From assembly GCA_014799505.1 (NCBI GenBank), contig JAAVHV010000007.1:4054-68053 (forward strand): a stretch of 64,000 nucleotides of DNA, written 5' to 3'. The DNA comes from Clostridiales bacterium. GTDB lineage: Bacteria > Bacillota > Clostridia > Oscillospirales > Oscillospiraceae. Below the pieces are notes generated by a model, which saw only the letters and a program-made list of their open reading frames with translations, had not been told where the DNA came from and did not search any database. Positions within the stretch are counted from its first letter, which is position 1; every line of letters starts with the position of its first letter. This document shows positions 17,432-27,870 of this stretch, piece after piece. The position numbers and the translations under genes were made by a program.

Positions 17432-19018
17432 GTGGGAGCTGCAACAAGATTTGTCCAGAACCCCGGCAATAACGCGATCTGCTACTATCGCTACAGCTCC
17501 GATGCGCAGCGGGACGTGAGCATCGTTCAGCAAAGAGACGCCGCGCATGAGTATGCCAAAGCGCACGGCTATCATATCATCAAGGAATATGACGATCCGG
17601 CATACAGCGGCACCAGGGACGACAGACCGGCTTTTCAGCTGATGCTGTACGAAGTGGACAAGCTGCGCCCAGCTTATTTGATTCTTTGGAAGACGGACCG
17701 CCTTTCACGTGACCGGATCGATGCTGTCATTGCCAAGAAGCGGCTCCGGGAATGCGGCGTCAAAATCGTCTATGTCGCCGAGTCCATTCCGGATGATGAC
17801 GAAGCGACACAGATTCTGATGGAATCCATCTATGAGGCCATGGCGGCATCTTTCATCGTGTCCCACAGGAAGAATGTCGTGCGCGGGCTGACCTACAATG
17901 CCGAGAACGCGCTCTATAATGGGATCAAGATTTTAGGCTACATCGGACAGCCTGACCATAAATATGAGATCGATGATAACACAGCGCCGACAGTGCGCCG
18001 CATTTTCAAGGAATACGCTGGGGGCGTCCCCATGCAGAAGATCTGCGACAGTCTGAATGAGTCGGGGCTGAAAACAAACCGGGGGAATAGGTTTACCGTC
18101 AATTCGCTCCATCGTATCCTGACGAACCGGGCGTACATCGGGGAGTACAAGTTCGGAAACGTCCTTGTACCGAACGGGATGCCGCGTATCATTGACGATG
18201 AAGTATTCCAGAAAGCCCAGTCACGTCTGGAAACCAACAGGCGGGGCGGCAAAGGCGCTATCAAGAAACTGCACCCGGAAATCGAAATCGAGGATTACTG
18301 GCTAACGGGAAAAATCTGCTGCGGGCTTTGCGGCGGCACGCTGCAAGGGGTAAGCGGCACCAGCAAGAGGGGCTGTCTGTATTACTACTACTCCTGCAAA
18401 AATCACCGAAAGCACGCCTGTAAACTGAAAAACCAGCGGAAAGAACTCATGGAGAAAATCGTTCTTTACACGCTGGATGATTTGATCAATGATCCGTCCC
18501 TCCGCATCCTGATTGCCGGACAATGCTATGCGTACCATCAAGCCCAGAACGACGACAGCGGGGCCTATGAAGAGTCTATTAAGGCCCAGCTGAAAGACGT
18601 TGAAGGCAAGTTGAATAACCTTGTCAAAGCGATCGAAGCCGGCATTTTCAGCAGCACGACTGCGGAGCGGATGAATGTGCTGGAGAACCAAAAAAGTATG
18701 CTGAGTGACGCGCTGCTGGCGGAACAAAACCGGAAGAAATGCGACTTGACGCTGAATGATATTGTCCGATTCCTGGACAGCCTGATCGGAGATATCAACG
18801 ACCCGGATACGCGCCGAAAACTACTTGACTTTTTTGTTGATAAGATTTATATTTATCCTGACAAGATGGTACTAACGTTCTGCTACTCAGATGACCAGCG
18901 CGAGCTGCCCTTTGAAGATACGATAGAATTTATTGACAACCGGCAGCGTCTTCTTGACATGATAGATAATCCGGCTCTCCGCGGTGGCAAGGAGGAAAAT
19001 CCTGATTTTTTTCCGTAA
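17432..19018 (+). CDS. Large serine recombinase
   Basis: YYRYSS catalytic motif, DRLSR, recombinase domain, CGLCG..YYSC zinc ribbon, coiled coil; GTG start after GAGGTG. Confidence 0.93.
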   Translation: MGAATRFVQNPGNNAICYYRYSSDAQRDVSIVQQRDAAHEYAKAHGYHIIKEYDDPAYSGTRDDRPAFQLMLYEVDKLRPAYLILWKTDRLSRDRIDAVIAKKRLRECGVKIVYVAESIPDDDEATQILMESIYEAMAASFIVSHRKNVVRGLTYNAENALYNGIKILGYIGQPDHKYEIDDNTAPTVRRIFKEYAGGVPMQKICDSLNESGLKTNRGNRFTVNSLHRILTNRAYIGEYKFGNVLVPNGMPRIIDDEVFQKAQSRLETNRRGGKGAIKKLHPEIEIEDYWLTGKICCGLCGGTLQGVSGTSKRGCLYYYYSCKNHRKHACKLKNQRKELMEKIVLYTLDDLINDPSLRILIAGQCYAYHQAQNDDSGAYEESIKAQLKDVEGKLNNLVKAIEAGIFSSTTAERMNVLENQKSMLSDALLAEQNRKKCDLTLNDIVRFLDSLIGDINDPDTRRKLLDFFVDKIYIYPDKMVLTFCYSDDQRELPFEDTIEFIDNRQRLLDMIDNPALRGGKEENPDFFP

Positions 19019-19045
19019 GGTGTTCGTATACTACTGACTCCTGTC

Positions 19046-19695
19046 CACCAACGAAGTCGACAAATTTCGACAAGAAATTTGTCGACTCCATTCTTTATAG
19101 CGACTAAAATCGGCGCATCTTCTTTTGTCGATTGAGGGGGATCATAATGAATGAATTTCTGGAATGGCTAAAAGAGAACAAAATCGGTATTAACGGTAAA
19201 TATAAAGGAAAACGGTGGGGTTCGGTCAACAAATCGGAAGATGGTGACTGGCATGTTCGTATATGTGTTCAGTATGACGAATATTTAGAACCAGTTTTAT
19301 CAAATGAAACTGCTGCAATGCAAGAGTTTGTCAAAACGCGCACAGGACATGAAGGATGTGGAAGGTGTATAGATGGTAAATGTGCTTTTACCGGTTTTGA
19401 TTTAGTAAATCCGACTGAAGAGCAAATTGAGTTAGCGAAAAGGCTTATAAAATTCAGGATCGATGCTATAAAGGACGGACGAATACCGAAATGCAGTTAT
19501 GTAAAAATATCGAAGCAAGGTGAAACGATCGAGCCGTGTGCTGTATGTAAAATATGTGATCCAAAATGCAAAGCTATGAAAAAATGCTAGGGTTTCTTTG
19601 AGCTGCTATATTGCTGCTTGCACCAATGGAGTCGGCAAATTTCGACAAGAAATTTGCCGACTTCCCTTTTTGCTGGACTTAGGTTCGGCGCATCT
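19046..19695 (+). repeat. Diverged ~75-bp direct repeats (19046-19120 and 19621-19695) bracketing one ORF
   Basis: CACCA + GTCGRCAAATTTCGACAAGAAATTTGYCGAC hairpin + TCGGCGCATCT in both copies. Confidence 0.8.
19147..19590 (+). CDS. Cys-rich low-GC hypothetical protein
   Basis: RBS GAGGGGG; CGRC..C and CAVCKICDPKC clusters. Confidence 0.65.
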   Translation: MNEFLEWLKENKIGINGKYKGKRWGSVNKSEDGDWHVRICVQYDEYLEPVLSNETAAMQEFVKTRTGHEGCGRCIDGKCAFTGFDLVNPTEEQIELAKRLIKFRIDAIKDGRIPKCSYVKISKQGETIEPCAVCKICDPKCKAMKKC

Positions 19696-19714
19696 CTTTC
19701 GCCAACACAGTACA

Positions 19715-19890
19715 AAAGAAAAGACACCCTTTGGGTATCTTTTCTTTTGGGCTCCGGCGGCTCATGGCCGCCTCCACCCTTCGGTATTTCAATGCTCGGC
19801 TTGGCGAAGCCAAGCCTGCGCAATTCTTCGCCGCTGCGCGGCTGGGAATTTACGGCGCATAAGCGCCGCCGGCCAGAAGGCCGGTTTGGT
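19715..19890. repeat. Multi-hairpin REP/MITE-like element overlapping the amylosucrase 3' end
   Basis: Stacked palindromes GGCTTGGCGAAGCCAAGCC, GGCGCATAAGCGCC, CCGGCCAGAAGGCCGG. Confidence 0.5.
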
Positions 19891-21724
19891 GCAGCAGATA
19901 ATAGAAGCCATAGGCTGGGACGGGTAGGTTTTCCAGCACATGTTTTTCCCCAGTGAACAGGTCGGTAAACTCTCCCGGGTCATAGGGGAAGGTGACGGAC
20001 TTCTCCTCCCCGGTAAAATTGAATGCGCCGATGATCTTCTGGCCGTCGAAATACCGCCCGATGGCCAGCACGCCGTCGTCCCCGGTGTCCAGCGTCCACA
20101 CATCCGCCGCCGCCGAGAAAGCGGGGTTGGCCTTCCGCAGGGCGCCCAGGGCGTTGAGGCCGCAGAACACCCGGCCTTCCGGGGTGGAGGGGTCGTCCGT
20201 GTGCCCCGCCAGATCCCAGCGCATTTTCCCACGGTGCAGATAGCGGCTGTCCTCCGCCTTGTTGGGGTCATCCTTGTAGCTGTAGTCGTTTATCTGGGCG
20301 ATTTCGTCCCCGCTGTACAGCAGGGGGATGCCGGTCTGCATGAACATCATGGCGTGGAGGGTCAAATCAAACCGCACCGCCCGCTCCATGGCCTCCGGAT
20401 CCTGCTCATAACCGGCCTTTTCGATGCCGCACAGGCTGGCGGTGGTGCCGCACTGGCGAGCGTCGCCGCTGGCGGGGTCGGCGTTGTACAGCTCGCCCCG
20501 GCTGACGCTGCCCTCGGCGAAGCCCTGGAACCAGTCGCTGAGGAATTTTTTGTGGGGGACCTGGTCAATGCCCCACAGCTTCAGCGTGTCGTAATCCAGG
20601 CCCCAGCCGATGTCGTCGTGGCAGCGCAGGTAGTTGAGGAACACATAGTCCTTGGGCAGGGCGTTCACCGTGTCCAGCTGCTTTCTGAGCAGGCGGACGT
20701 CCCTGGTGGCCACGGTGTGCCAGGTGGTACACATGGTGGTCACGTTGTAGAGCAGATGGCACTCCGGCTTTTCCACCGTGCCGAAGTAGGGCACCACTTT
20801 GACCGGCTCCATGACCACCTCGCCCAGCAGGATCACGCTGGGGCAGACGATCTCGCCGATTATCCGCATCATGCGCACGATGGTGTGGACCTGGGGCAGG
20901 TTGCGGCAGTCGGTGCCAAGCTCCTTCCAGATGTAGGGCACCGCGTCAATGCGGATCATGTCCATGCCCTTGTTGGCCAGGAACAGGAAGTTATACATCA
21001 TCTCATTGAACACCCGGGGATTGCGGTAGTTCAGATCCCACTGGTAGGGGTAGAAGGAGGTCATGACATAGTGCTGGCAGTCGTCCAGCCAGGTGAAGTT
21101 GCCGGGGGCCGTGGTTGGGAACACCTGGGGTACCGTCTTTTCGTACTCCGCCGGGATGGTGGGGTCAGCAAAGAAGAAATAGCGGCTCATGTACTCTCCG
21201 TCCCCGGCCCGGGCCTTTTTCGCCCACTCGTGATCCTGACTGGTGTGGTTCATCACGAAATCCATACACACGTTGACGCCCTTTTTGTGGCAGGCGGCGG
21301 TGAGCTTTTCCAGATCCTCCATCGTCCCCAGGTCGGGCCGCACCGCCCTAAAGTCTGCCACGGCGTAGCCGCCGTCGCTGTGCCCGGGGACGGTATCCAG
21401 GAAGGGCATCAGGTGGATGAGGTTCACGCCGGTTTTTTCGATGTAGGGCAGCTTTTTGCGCACACCGTTCAAATCCCCGGCAAAGTTGTCGATGTAGAGC
21501 ATCATGCCCACCAGATCGTTGGACTTGTACCACGCCGGGTCGGCTTCCCGCTCCGCGTCCCGCTTCTTCAGCGCTGTGGGCCGCTCATCCGCGAAGCGGT
21601 GCATTTCATCGCACAGCTCGGCAAACATGGCGTCATTGCCGTACAGCTCCATGTACAGCCAGCGCAGCTCGTCCGAATGCCGCGACAGCCGTGCCTGGAA
21701 CAGGGCTTCCTCTTTTTTTGTCAT
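19850..21724 (-). CDS. Amylosucrase-like GH13 enzyme
   Basis: DGGYAV, DFVMNHTS, RIDAVPYIWK, GEVVMEP, RCHDDIGW. Confidence 0.88.
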   Translation of the reverse strand: MTKKEEALFQARLSRHSDELRWLYMELYGNDAMFAELCDEMHRFADERPTALKKRDAEREADPAWYKSNDLVGMMLYIDNFAGDLNGVRKKLPYIEKTGVNLIHLMPFLDTVPGHSDGGYAVADFRAVRPDLGTMEDLEKLTAACHKKGVNVCMDFVMNHTSQDHEWAKKARAGDGEYMSRYFFFADPTIPAEYEKTVPQVFPTTAPGNFTWLDDCQHYVMTSFYPYQWDLNYRNPRVFNEMMYNFLFLANKGMDMIRIDAVPYIWKELGTDCRNLPQVHTIVRMMRIIGEIVCPSVILLGEVVMEPVKVVPYFGTVEKPECHLLYNVTTMCTTWHTVATRDVRLLRKQLDTVNALPKDYVFLNYLRCHDDIGWGLDYDTLKLWGIDQVPHKKFLSDWFQGFAEGSVSRGELYNADPASGDARQCGTTASLCGIEKAGYEQDPEAMERAVRFDLTLHAMMFMQTGIPLLYSGDEIAQINDYSYKDDPNKAEDSRYLHRGKMRWDLAGHTDDPSTPEGRVFCGLNALGALRKANPAFSAAADVWTLDTGDDGVLAIGRYFDGQKIIGAFNFTGEEKSVTFPYDPGEFTDLFTGEKHVLENLPVPAYGFYYLLHQTGLLAGGAYAP

Positions 21725-21767
21725 GGATCGCACCTCATTTCCCCATCCGCAATGGGGCTCAATATGG

Positions 21768-23642
21768 CTATTTGACCTGGATGACCTGGTCCATGGCCTT
21801 GCAGGGCCCGGGCTGGATGGTCAGATTTTCGTAATCGTCGGAGTTGGTCACCAGCACCACCACCACGTCAGGATGGCCCGCGGCGGCGATTTTATCCCGG
21901 TCAAAGGCGATGAGCTTGTCGCCCGCCTTCACCTGCTGGCCCTCCTGGACGAAGCAGGTAAAGCCGTCGCCCTGCATGGCCACCGTGTCCACGCCTACGT
22001 GGATCAGCAGCTCCATGCCGTCGGGGGAGGTGACGCCCACCGCGTGATGGGTGTCGGTGACGGAGGAAATTTCGCCGTCAAAGGGGGCGACCACAACGCC
22101 CTCGCTGGGGTTGATGCCCACGCCCTGGCCCAGAACGCCGGCGGCGAAGGTCTCGTCGGGGATCTCCTCGGAGGGGATGGCGGTGCCGGACACGGGGGCG
22201 TACACGGTGCCGGGTTGGCAGTCGATGGCGGGGAGAGCGGGTTCAGCTTTAGGGGCGGAAACGGTCTTGGGGGCCTCCTCTTTCCACACGAACCAGGTCA
22301 GGGCAAAGGCGATGCCGCCGGAGATGACCAGCAGGATGGCGTAGGGCAGGATCTTGGAGCTGTCTACGATGAGGAAGCCGGGGATGCCGGTGACGCCGTA
22401 AGCGTTGGCCCCGATGTCCATGATGGAGCCAAACATGGCGCCGATGGCGCCGCCGATCATGCCGCATACCAGGGGCTTCATGAAGCGGAGGTTGACGCCG
22501 AAGATGGCGGGTTCGGTAATGCCCAAAGCGGCGGACAGGGCGGAGGGGATAGCCACGGTCTTGTTCTTCGCGCTCTTGCTCTTGAGGGCCACGGCAAGGC
22601 AGGCCCCACACTGGGCGAAGTTGGCGGCGGAGGCAATGGGCATCCAGATGTTCATCCCGCCCTCGCCGGACAGCAGGCCGGCCTCGATGACGTTATACAT
22701 ATGGTGCAGGCCGCACACCACGGTGAGGGGATAGATGGCGCCCATGACCAGGGAGCCCACGCCGTAGCCCACGGTGATGAGCCACTGGGCGAAGTTGAGG
22801 ACATAGGTCTCGGCGGTGGAGAAAATCGGACCGATGATGGTAAAGGTGAGAAACACGGTGGACAGCACCGTCACCAGCGGGGTGACGAACAGGTCAATGG
22901 TCTCGGGAACTACTTTATGCAGGCGCTTTTCGATGAAGCACATCAGCCACACGGCGATGATCACCGGGATGACGTGGCCCTGATAGCCCACCTGCTTGAC
23001 ATTGAAGAACAACAGGTGCCAGGTGGGAATGGTCTCCATCCCGGCCACGGACCAGGCGTTGATGAGGCCGGAGTGGATCATGCACAGGCCGACTACGCCG
23101 CCCAGGAAGATGTTGCCGCCGAACACCCGGGCCGCGCTCACCGCGATGAGCACCGGCAGGTAGGCAAAGGCGGTGGCGGACACCAGGTCCAGGAAGCCGT
23201 ACCAGTCGGAATCCGCAAAGGAGGGAATGGCGTGGCCCAGGGCCTCCACCAGGCCCATCATCAGGCCGGAGGCCACAATGGCGGGGAGTATGGGCACAAA
23301 CACGTCGCCCAGGGCCTTTACCATCCGCTGGGGCAGGGGCTGCTTGGCGGCGGCCGCGGCCTTCACGTCCTCCTTGCTGGCGGCGGTCAGGCCGGTGATG
23401 GCCAGGAACTCGTCATAGACCTTGTTCACCGTGCCGGTGCCCAGGATGATCTGGATCTGGCCGGAGGCGCTGAACACGCCCTTCACGCCGTCCACATCCT
23501 CCAGGGCCTTCATGTCGATCTTGCTGTTGTCCACGGTCACCAGCCGCAGCCGGGTGGCGCAGTGGGCGGCACTCACCAGGTTTTCTTTCCCGCCCAGGCG
23601 GCTGAAAATGTCCTGTGCGCATTTCCTGTAGTCCAATGCCAT
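21768..23642 (-). CDS. PTS sucrose/trehalose-family EIIBCA
   Basis: HCATRLR (EIIB), GITEPAIFGVNL (EIIC), LLIHVGVDTV (EIIA). Confidence 0.93.
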   Translation of the reverse strand: MALDYRKCAQDIFSRLGGKENLVSAAHCATRLRLVTVDNSKIDMKALEDVDGVKGVFSASGQIQIILGTGTVNKVYDEFLAITGLTAASKEDVKAAAAAKQPLPQRMVKALGDVFVPILPAIVASGLMMGLVEALGHAIPSFADSDWYGFLDLVSATAFAYLPVLIAVSAARVFGGNIFLGGVVGLCMIHSGLINAWSVAGMETIPTWHLLFFNVKQVGYQGHVIPVIIAVWLMCFIEKRLHKVVPETIDLFVTPLVTVLSTVFLTFTIIGPIFSTAETYVLNFAQWLITVGYGVGSLVMGAIYPLTVVCGLHHMYNVIEAGLLSGEGGMNIWMPIASAANFAQCGACLAVALKSKSAKNKTVAIPSALSAALGITEPAIFGVNLRFMKPLVCGMIGGAIGAMFGSIMDIGANAYGVTGIPGFLIVDSSKILPYAILLVISGGIAFALTWFVWKEEAPKTVSAPKAEPALPAIDCQPGTVYAPVSGTAIPSEEIPDETFAAGVLGQGVGINPSEGVVVAPFDGEISSVTDTHHAVGVTSPDGMELLIHVGVDTVAMQGDGFTCFVQEGQQVKAGDKLIAFDRDKIAAAGHPDVVVVLVTNSDDYENLTIQPGPCKAMDQVIQVK

Positions 23643-23663
23643 TGATATTCCTCCCATTCTTTG

Positions 23664-23794
23664 TGAAATCGAATTCGAAATGAAATCAATTTCATATTGT
23701 AAGAAAATTATAGCAAATGGGAGAAACTGTGTAAATTGATAAGTGCGCCAAATCTTATCAACCTATTTTGTGCACAATACTGAAATTGATTTCA
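23664..23794. promoter_or_regulatory. LacI-type operators TGAAATYRATTTCA (23681-23694, 23781-23794, weaker 23664-23677; also 24657-24670 and 24826-24839)
   Basis: Recurring 14-bp palindrome upstream of PTS, HAD and lacI-family genes. Confidence 0.75.
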
Positions 23795-23796
23795 CT

Positions 23797-24627
23797 TCAT
23801 ATCAGGCCGTGGCGCTCAAAAGCCCGGTACAGCCCATCCTCCCCCACCGGAGGGCATACCTCGTCGGCGATTTTTTTTAACGCCTCGCTGCCATTACCCA
23901 TGCACACGCCCAGACCGGCGGTCTGGATCATTTCCAAATCGTTCATGCTGTCCCCAAAGGCGATGGTGTCATCAATGGGGACGCCCAGATACTCGCACAG
24001 CCGCTCCACGGCCAAACCCTTGTTGAACGCTTTGTTGATCAGCTCCCCGTTGATGGCGCCAAATTGGTCCGTGCCCTGGATGCAGAAGTCGAAGCTGTCC
24101 CCCAGCACCCGCATGGGCTCCCGGAGATCCGCCGCGTCCCGGGAAACGAATCCCACCTTGTAAACCGGTTCACCCCGGTATTCTGCCATGGGACGGATGC
24201 CCAGCTCGTTCTCGATCTGCTCCCGCCAGCGCAGGAGCTCGCTGTTGCCTTCGGCCTGGGCGGCCTCCCGCAGGAAATCCTTGAATGCCTCATCGGTGTA
24301 GCTGTTGTCCCTGCCTTCCACGGTGCGGAATACGCCGTTGCGCTGGAAAACGTCCAGAACCAGTCCCTGTTGGGCTGGGGTCATGGGGCAGTCATAGACC
24401 ACCTCCTCGCCGTACATGATATAGCCTCCCGCGCTGCCCACCAGGCCGTCAAAACCATAGCGCAGCAGCGGGGAGAGCATACCGTAGCTGCGCCCGGAGG
24501 CCAGCAGCACCCTGTGGCCGTTGGCCCGGGCACGGCGGACGGCCTCCACGGCGGAGGCGGGAGGCTCGTTTTTCCCCGGCTCGGTGAGCGTCCCGTCAAT
24601 ATCCAGAAAAATCAGTTTGTGTTCCAT
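23797..24627 (-). CDS. Cof-type HAD phosphatase
   Basis: FLDIDGTL, ASGR, AFGDSMNDLEM. Confidence 0.92.
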   Translation of the reverse strand: MEHKLIFLDIDGTLTEPGKNEPPASAVEAVRRARANGHRVLLASGRSYGMLSPLLRYGFDGLVGSAGGYIMYGEEVVYDCPMTPAQQGLVLDVFQRNGVFRTVEGRDNSYTDEAFKDFLREAAQAEGNSELLRWREQIENELGIRPMAEYRGEPVYKVGFVSRDAADLREPMRVLGDSFDFCIQGTDQFGAINGELINKAFNKGLAVERLCEYLGVPIDDTIAFGDSMNDLEMIQTAGLGVCMGNGSEALKKIADEVCPPVGEDGLYRAFERHGLI

Positions 24628-24857
24628 AGTGTCCTCCTGTCGTCATGGCCTCGGAATGAAATTGATTTCATATAAAATCATATCAGAAAGCCGCTCCCAG
24701 CGCAAGAGCCTATATAGCCGTTGGTTTCGACAAATCTCCCAGCGGAAATTTGTCGGATATGTCGGACAGCCCGGAAAGTTTGTGCTGTTCACCACTGGAA
24801 ATCCACTGCATCCTGTGTTATGATATGAAATAGGTTTCAAGAACAGGGGGGTGCCCT

Positions 24858-25841
24858 ATGAACATCGCGGAAATCGCCAAGCTGGCGGGGGTATCTCCCT
24901 CCGCCGTCTCCCGCTATTTGAACCAGGGATACCTGTCCCAAGAGAAAAAAGAAGCGATCCGCAAAGTGATTGAGGAGACGGGCTACCGCCCCTTAGCCCA
25001 GGCCCAGGCTCTGCGAACCCGCAAGACAAAAACGATCGGGGTTATTCTGCCCAAGATCGACTCCTTTTCCATCGGCAGCATCATGGCGGGCATTGATTCC
25101 GTGCTGGAGCAAAAGGGCTTCCAGATCCTGCTGGCCGACACCCACAACGATCCCGCCAGGGAGCTGGACTACCTGGACAGCTTTGACGACCAGCGGGTGG
25201 ACGGCGTGATTTTCATTGGCACCGTATTTACCGCCGGGCATATCACTATGCTGAAAAAGAGCCGGGTGCCGGTGGTGGTGGTGGGGCAGCAGTTGGCCGG
25301 CGTGTCCTGCGTCTATCACGACGATTACCACGCCTTCTATGACATGACCCGCCTGCTGACGGAGAAGGGCTGCCGCAGGCTGGGCTACATCGGCGCGCTG
25401 CCCCAGGATAGGGCCGTGGGTCAGGAGCGCAGCCGGGCTTACTGTGATGCGGTGCGGGACGCCGGACTGGAGGATCAGGCGGGCCACATTGCCGTGGCCG
25501 ATTTTACGATTTCTTCCGGGCGGGAAAAGGCCCGGGAGCTGCTGGAGGCATATGGGCCCCTGGACGCGTTGATCTGCGCCACCGACAACATGGCGGTGGG
25601 GGCGCTCCAATATCTGAAAAGCCAGGGCATCCGGGTGCCGGAGGACATCCGGCTCACCGGCCAGGGGGGCTCCGACCTATGCGAGGTGACCATCCCCACC
25701 CTCACCACCATCCGCTATTTTTATGAGGACAGCGGGGCCAACGCGGCGGCCTTATTGTTGGAGCGGCTGGAAAATCTGGAGGCACCAGCCAAAGAGATCA
25801 AGCTGGGATATACAATTGTGGAAAATGAGTCCACGCAATAA
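24858..25841 (+). CDS. LacI-family repressor (ScrR-like)
   Basis: MNIAEIAKLAGVSPSAVSRYLN HTH plus sugar-binding domain. Confidence 0.93.
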   Translation: MNIAEIAKLAGVSPSAVSRYLNQGYLSQEKKEAIRKVIEETGYRPLAQAQALRTRKTKTIGVILPKIDSFSIGSIMAGIDSVLEQKGFQILLADTHNDPARELDYLDSFDDQRVDGVIFIGTVFTAGHITMLKKSRVPVVVVGQQLAGVSCVYHDDYHAFYDMTRLLTEKGCRRLGYIGALPQDRAVGQERSRAYCDAVRDAGLEDQAGHIAVADFTISSGREKARELLEAYGPLDALICATDNMAVGALQYLKSQGIRVPEDIRLTGQGGSDLCEVTIPTLTTIRYFYEDSGANAAALLLERLENLEAPAKEIKLGYTIVENESTQ

Positions 25842-26185
25842 GTAAACGACCCTATCCAATCTCAGCAAATCGTTGTCAGCTGTTCGGATTTAGGTGGGGC
25901 CGCTTTTTGCCTACGACCCTTGTATTTCCATGATGGCAGCTTTTTTCGACTTCAGCTATCATATGTCACTGACCAAGGGCAAACAGTTCAAAATCAGGGA
26001 GCAAAACGTGTAAATGGCGGGATTCGAACCCTTATTGACATTGCCTGTATTAGCTGTATATCTTCTAGCGCATAGCTTCTCCTTCGTCTTGATATGACAT
26101 TGGATTTCTCAATATATTTTGAGCCATTGACTTTTAACGGCTCCGGCTTTATCATTTTCTATAATGTCCGACAGGAGGAGTTTTT

Positions 26186-27367
26186 ATGTTTGATTTCCAA
26201 TACTTTGCCCCCACCCGCGTGGTCTTTGGCAGGGGAGTGGAGGCTCGCACCGGTCAGCTCATCCGGGAGCTGGGCGTCAGCCGGGTGCTCATCCACTATG
26301 GCGGTCAGAGCGCTGTGCGCTCGGGCCTGCTGAATCGGGTGGCTGCCTCCTTAGACGAGGCAGGCATTGCCCACATTGAACTGGGCGGCGTGGTGCCAAA
26401 CCCCCGGCTGGCCAAAGTCCGGGAAGGCGCGCTGCTGGCCCGCCAGTTCGGCGCGGAGCTGGTTCTGGCGGTAGGCGGCGGTTCGGTGATCGACTCGTCC
26501 AAGGCCATCGCATATTCGTTGGCGGAACCGGAGGAGGATGTCTGGGACTTATATGCCCGCAAGCGCAAGCCCCGCGGCTGCCTCCCTGTGGCGTGCGTGC
26601 TCACGATTGCCGCCGCGGGCAGTGAGATGAGCAACAGCAGCGTCATTACCAATGAGGAAACCGGGGAGAAACGGGGCTACCGCAGCGACCTGTGCCGTCC
26701 CAAGCTGGCCATTATGAACCCTGAGCTCACCGTCACCCTGCCCGCTTATCAGACCGCGGCGGGCTGCACCGACATTCTCATGCATACGCTGGAGCGCTAT
26801 TTTACCCAAGGCGGCAACATGGAACTGACCGACCAGATCGCTGAGGGCTTGATGCGGACTGTGATGAAGAACGCCCTCATCCTCCGGGATCATCCCTCCG
26901 ATTACGACGCCCGCGCAGAGGTGATGTGGGCCAGCTCCCTGTCCCACAACGACCTGACCGGCTTGGGGGCCGACGGCATGGACTTTGTATCCCACGGCCT
27001 GGAGCATGAACTGGGCGGGATGTTCGATGTAACCCACGGCGCGGGGCTGTCCGCCGTCTGGCCCAGCTGGGCACGGTATGTCTGCCGGGACTGCCTGCCC
27101 CGGTTCGTCAAGTTTGCCCGCAATGTGATGGAGGTTGAGCCGGGGAGATCTGACGAGGAGACGGCGCTCAGGGGCATCTCGGCCCTGGAAGATTTCTTCC
27201 GCTCCATCCATATGCCTGTCACATTGAAGGAGCTGGGGGTTGAGCCCACCGAGGATCAGATCTTGGCCATGGCGGCCTCCTGTGCCAAAGGGGCCGGGGG
27301 CAAGAAGGGAACGGCCAAGCTTTTATACGAGGCGGATATGGCGGAAATTTATCGTTTGGCCCGGTGA
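26186..27367 (+). CDS. Iron-containing alcohol dehydrogenase (butanol dehydrogenase-like)
   Basis: AVGGGSVID, AGSE, HGLEH..HGAGL. Confidence 0.92.
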   Translation: MFDFQYFAPTRVVFGRGVEARTGQLIRELGVSRVLIHYGGQSAVRSGLLNRVAASLDEAGIAHIELGGVVPNPRLAKVREGALLARQFGAELVLAVGGGSVIDSSKAIAYSLAEPEEDVWDLYARKRKPRGCLPVACVLTIAAAGSEMSNSSVITNEETGEKRGYRSDLCRPKLAIMNPELTVTLPAYQTAAGCTDILMHTLERYFTQGGNMELTDQIAEGLMRTVMKNALILRDHPSDYDARAEVMWASSLSHNDLTGLGADGMDFVSHGLEHELGGMFDVTHGAGLSAVWPSWARYVCRDCLPRFVKFARNVMEVEPGRSDEETALRGISALEDFFRSIHMPVTLKELGVEPTEDQILAMAASCAKGAGGKKGTAKLLYEADMAEIYRLAR

Positions 27368-27677
27368 GTTCACCCTTTTGCTGATGCCCCTCCAGCGCAT
27401 CTTTTTCGTCAATATAATACAAAGCTCATGCGGCGGGAATGCTGTTCTGACCTCGGAGCCGGTATTTTCAGCACAGTCAAGGCCCTCGGATGGAAAAATC
27501 CGAGGGCCTTGAAATTTTGCTGCTCGTGAGGTGCTCAGTTGTGACCTTGCGGACAGCTTTGGGTGCACACCAAACCGCCGACGCAGGACGGGGAAAGGTC
27601 TGACTACCGAAGCTCATGGCAATCGCAGTAAACCGCCTTACTGGTCACAGCCAGGGGAAAAGGCGTTTAAAAGGGCT

Positions 27678-27863
27678 TTACTGACCTCTTGCGGGCCTCT
27701 TTTCAGCGGCGGGTACGTTTTTCCCACAGCCGCACCCGCAATCAGAGCACCGGCAGCCGCAGCTCCTCTTCCCATTTCGTCTGTTTTTTCGGACCATCGC
27801 GGCGGCCAGCAAAACCATGATCCCCACCGCGATCGCAACGATCATATCAGCGCCGTTCATCAT
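27678..27863 (-). CDS. FeoB-associated Cys-rich membrane peptide
   Basis: TM helix then SCGCRCSDCGCGC; RBS GGAGG directly after feoB. Confidence 0.75.
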   Translation of the reverse strand: MMNGADMIVAIAVGIMVLLAAAMVRKNRRNGKRSCGCRCSDCGCGCGKNVPAAEKRPARGQ

Positions 27864-27870
27864 GCACCTC

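Noticed and set aside
26016-26031. tRNA T-arm-like GGGTTCGAATCCCGCC on - strand
   Set aside because: No cloverleaf or CCA end; at most an att scar
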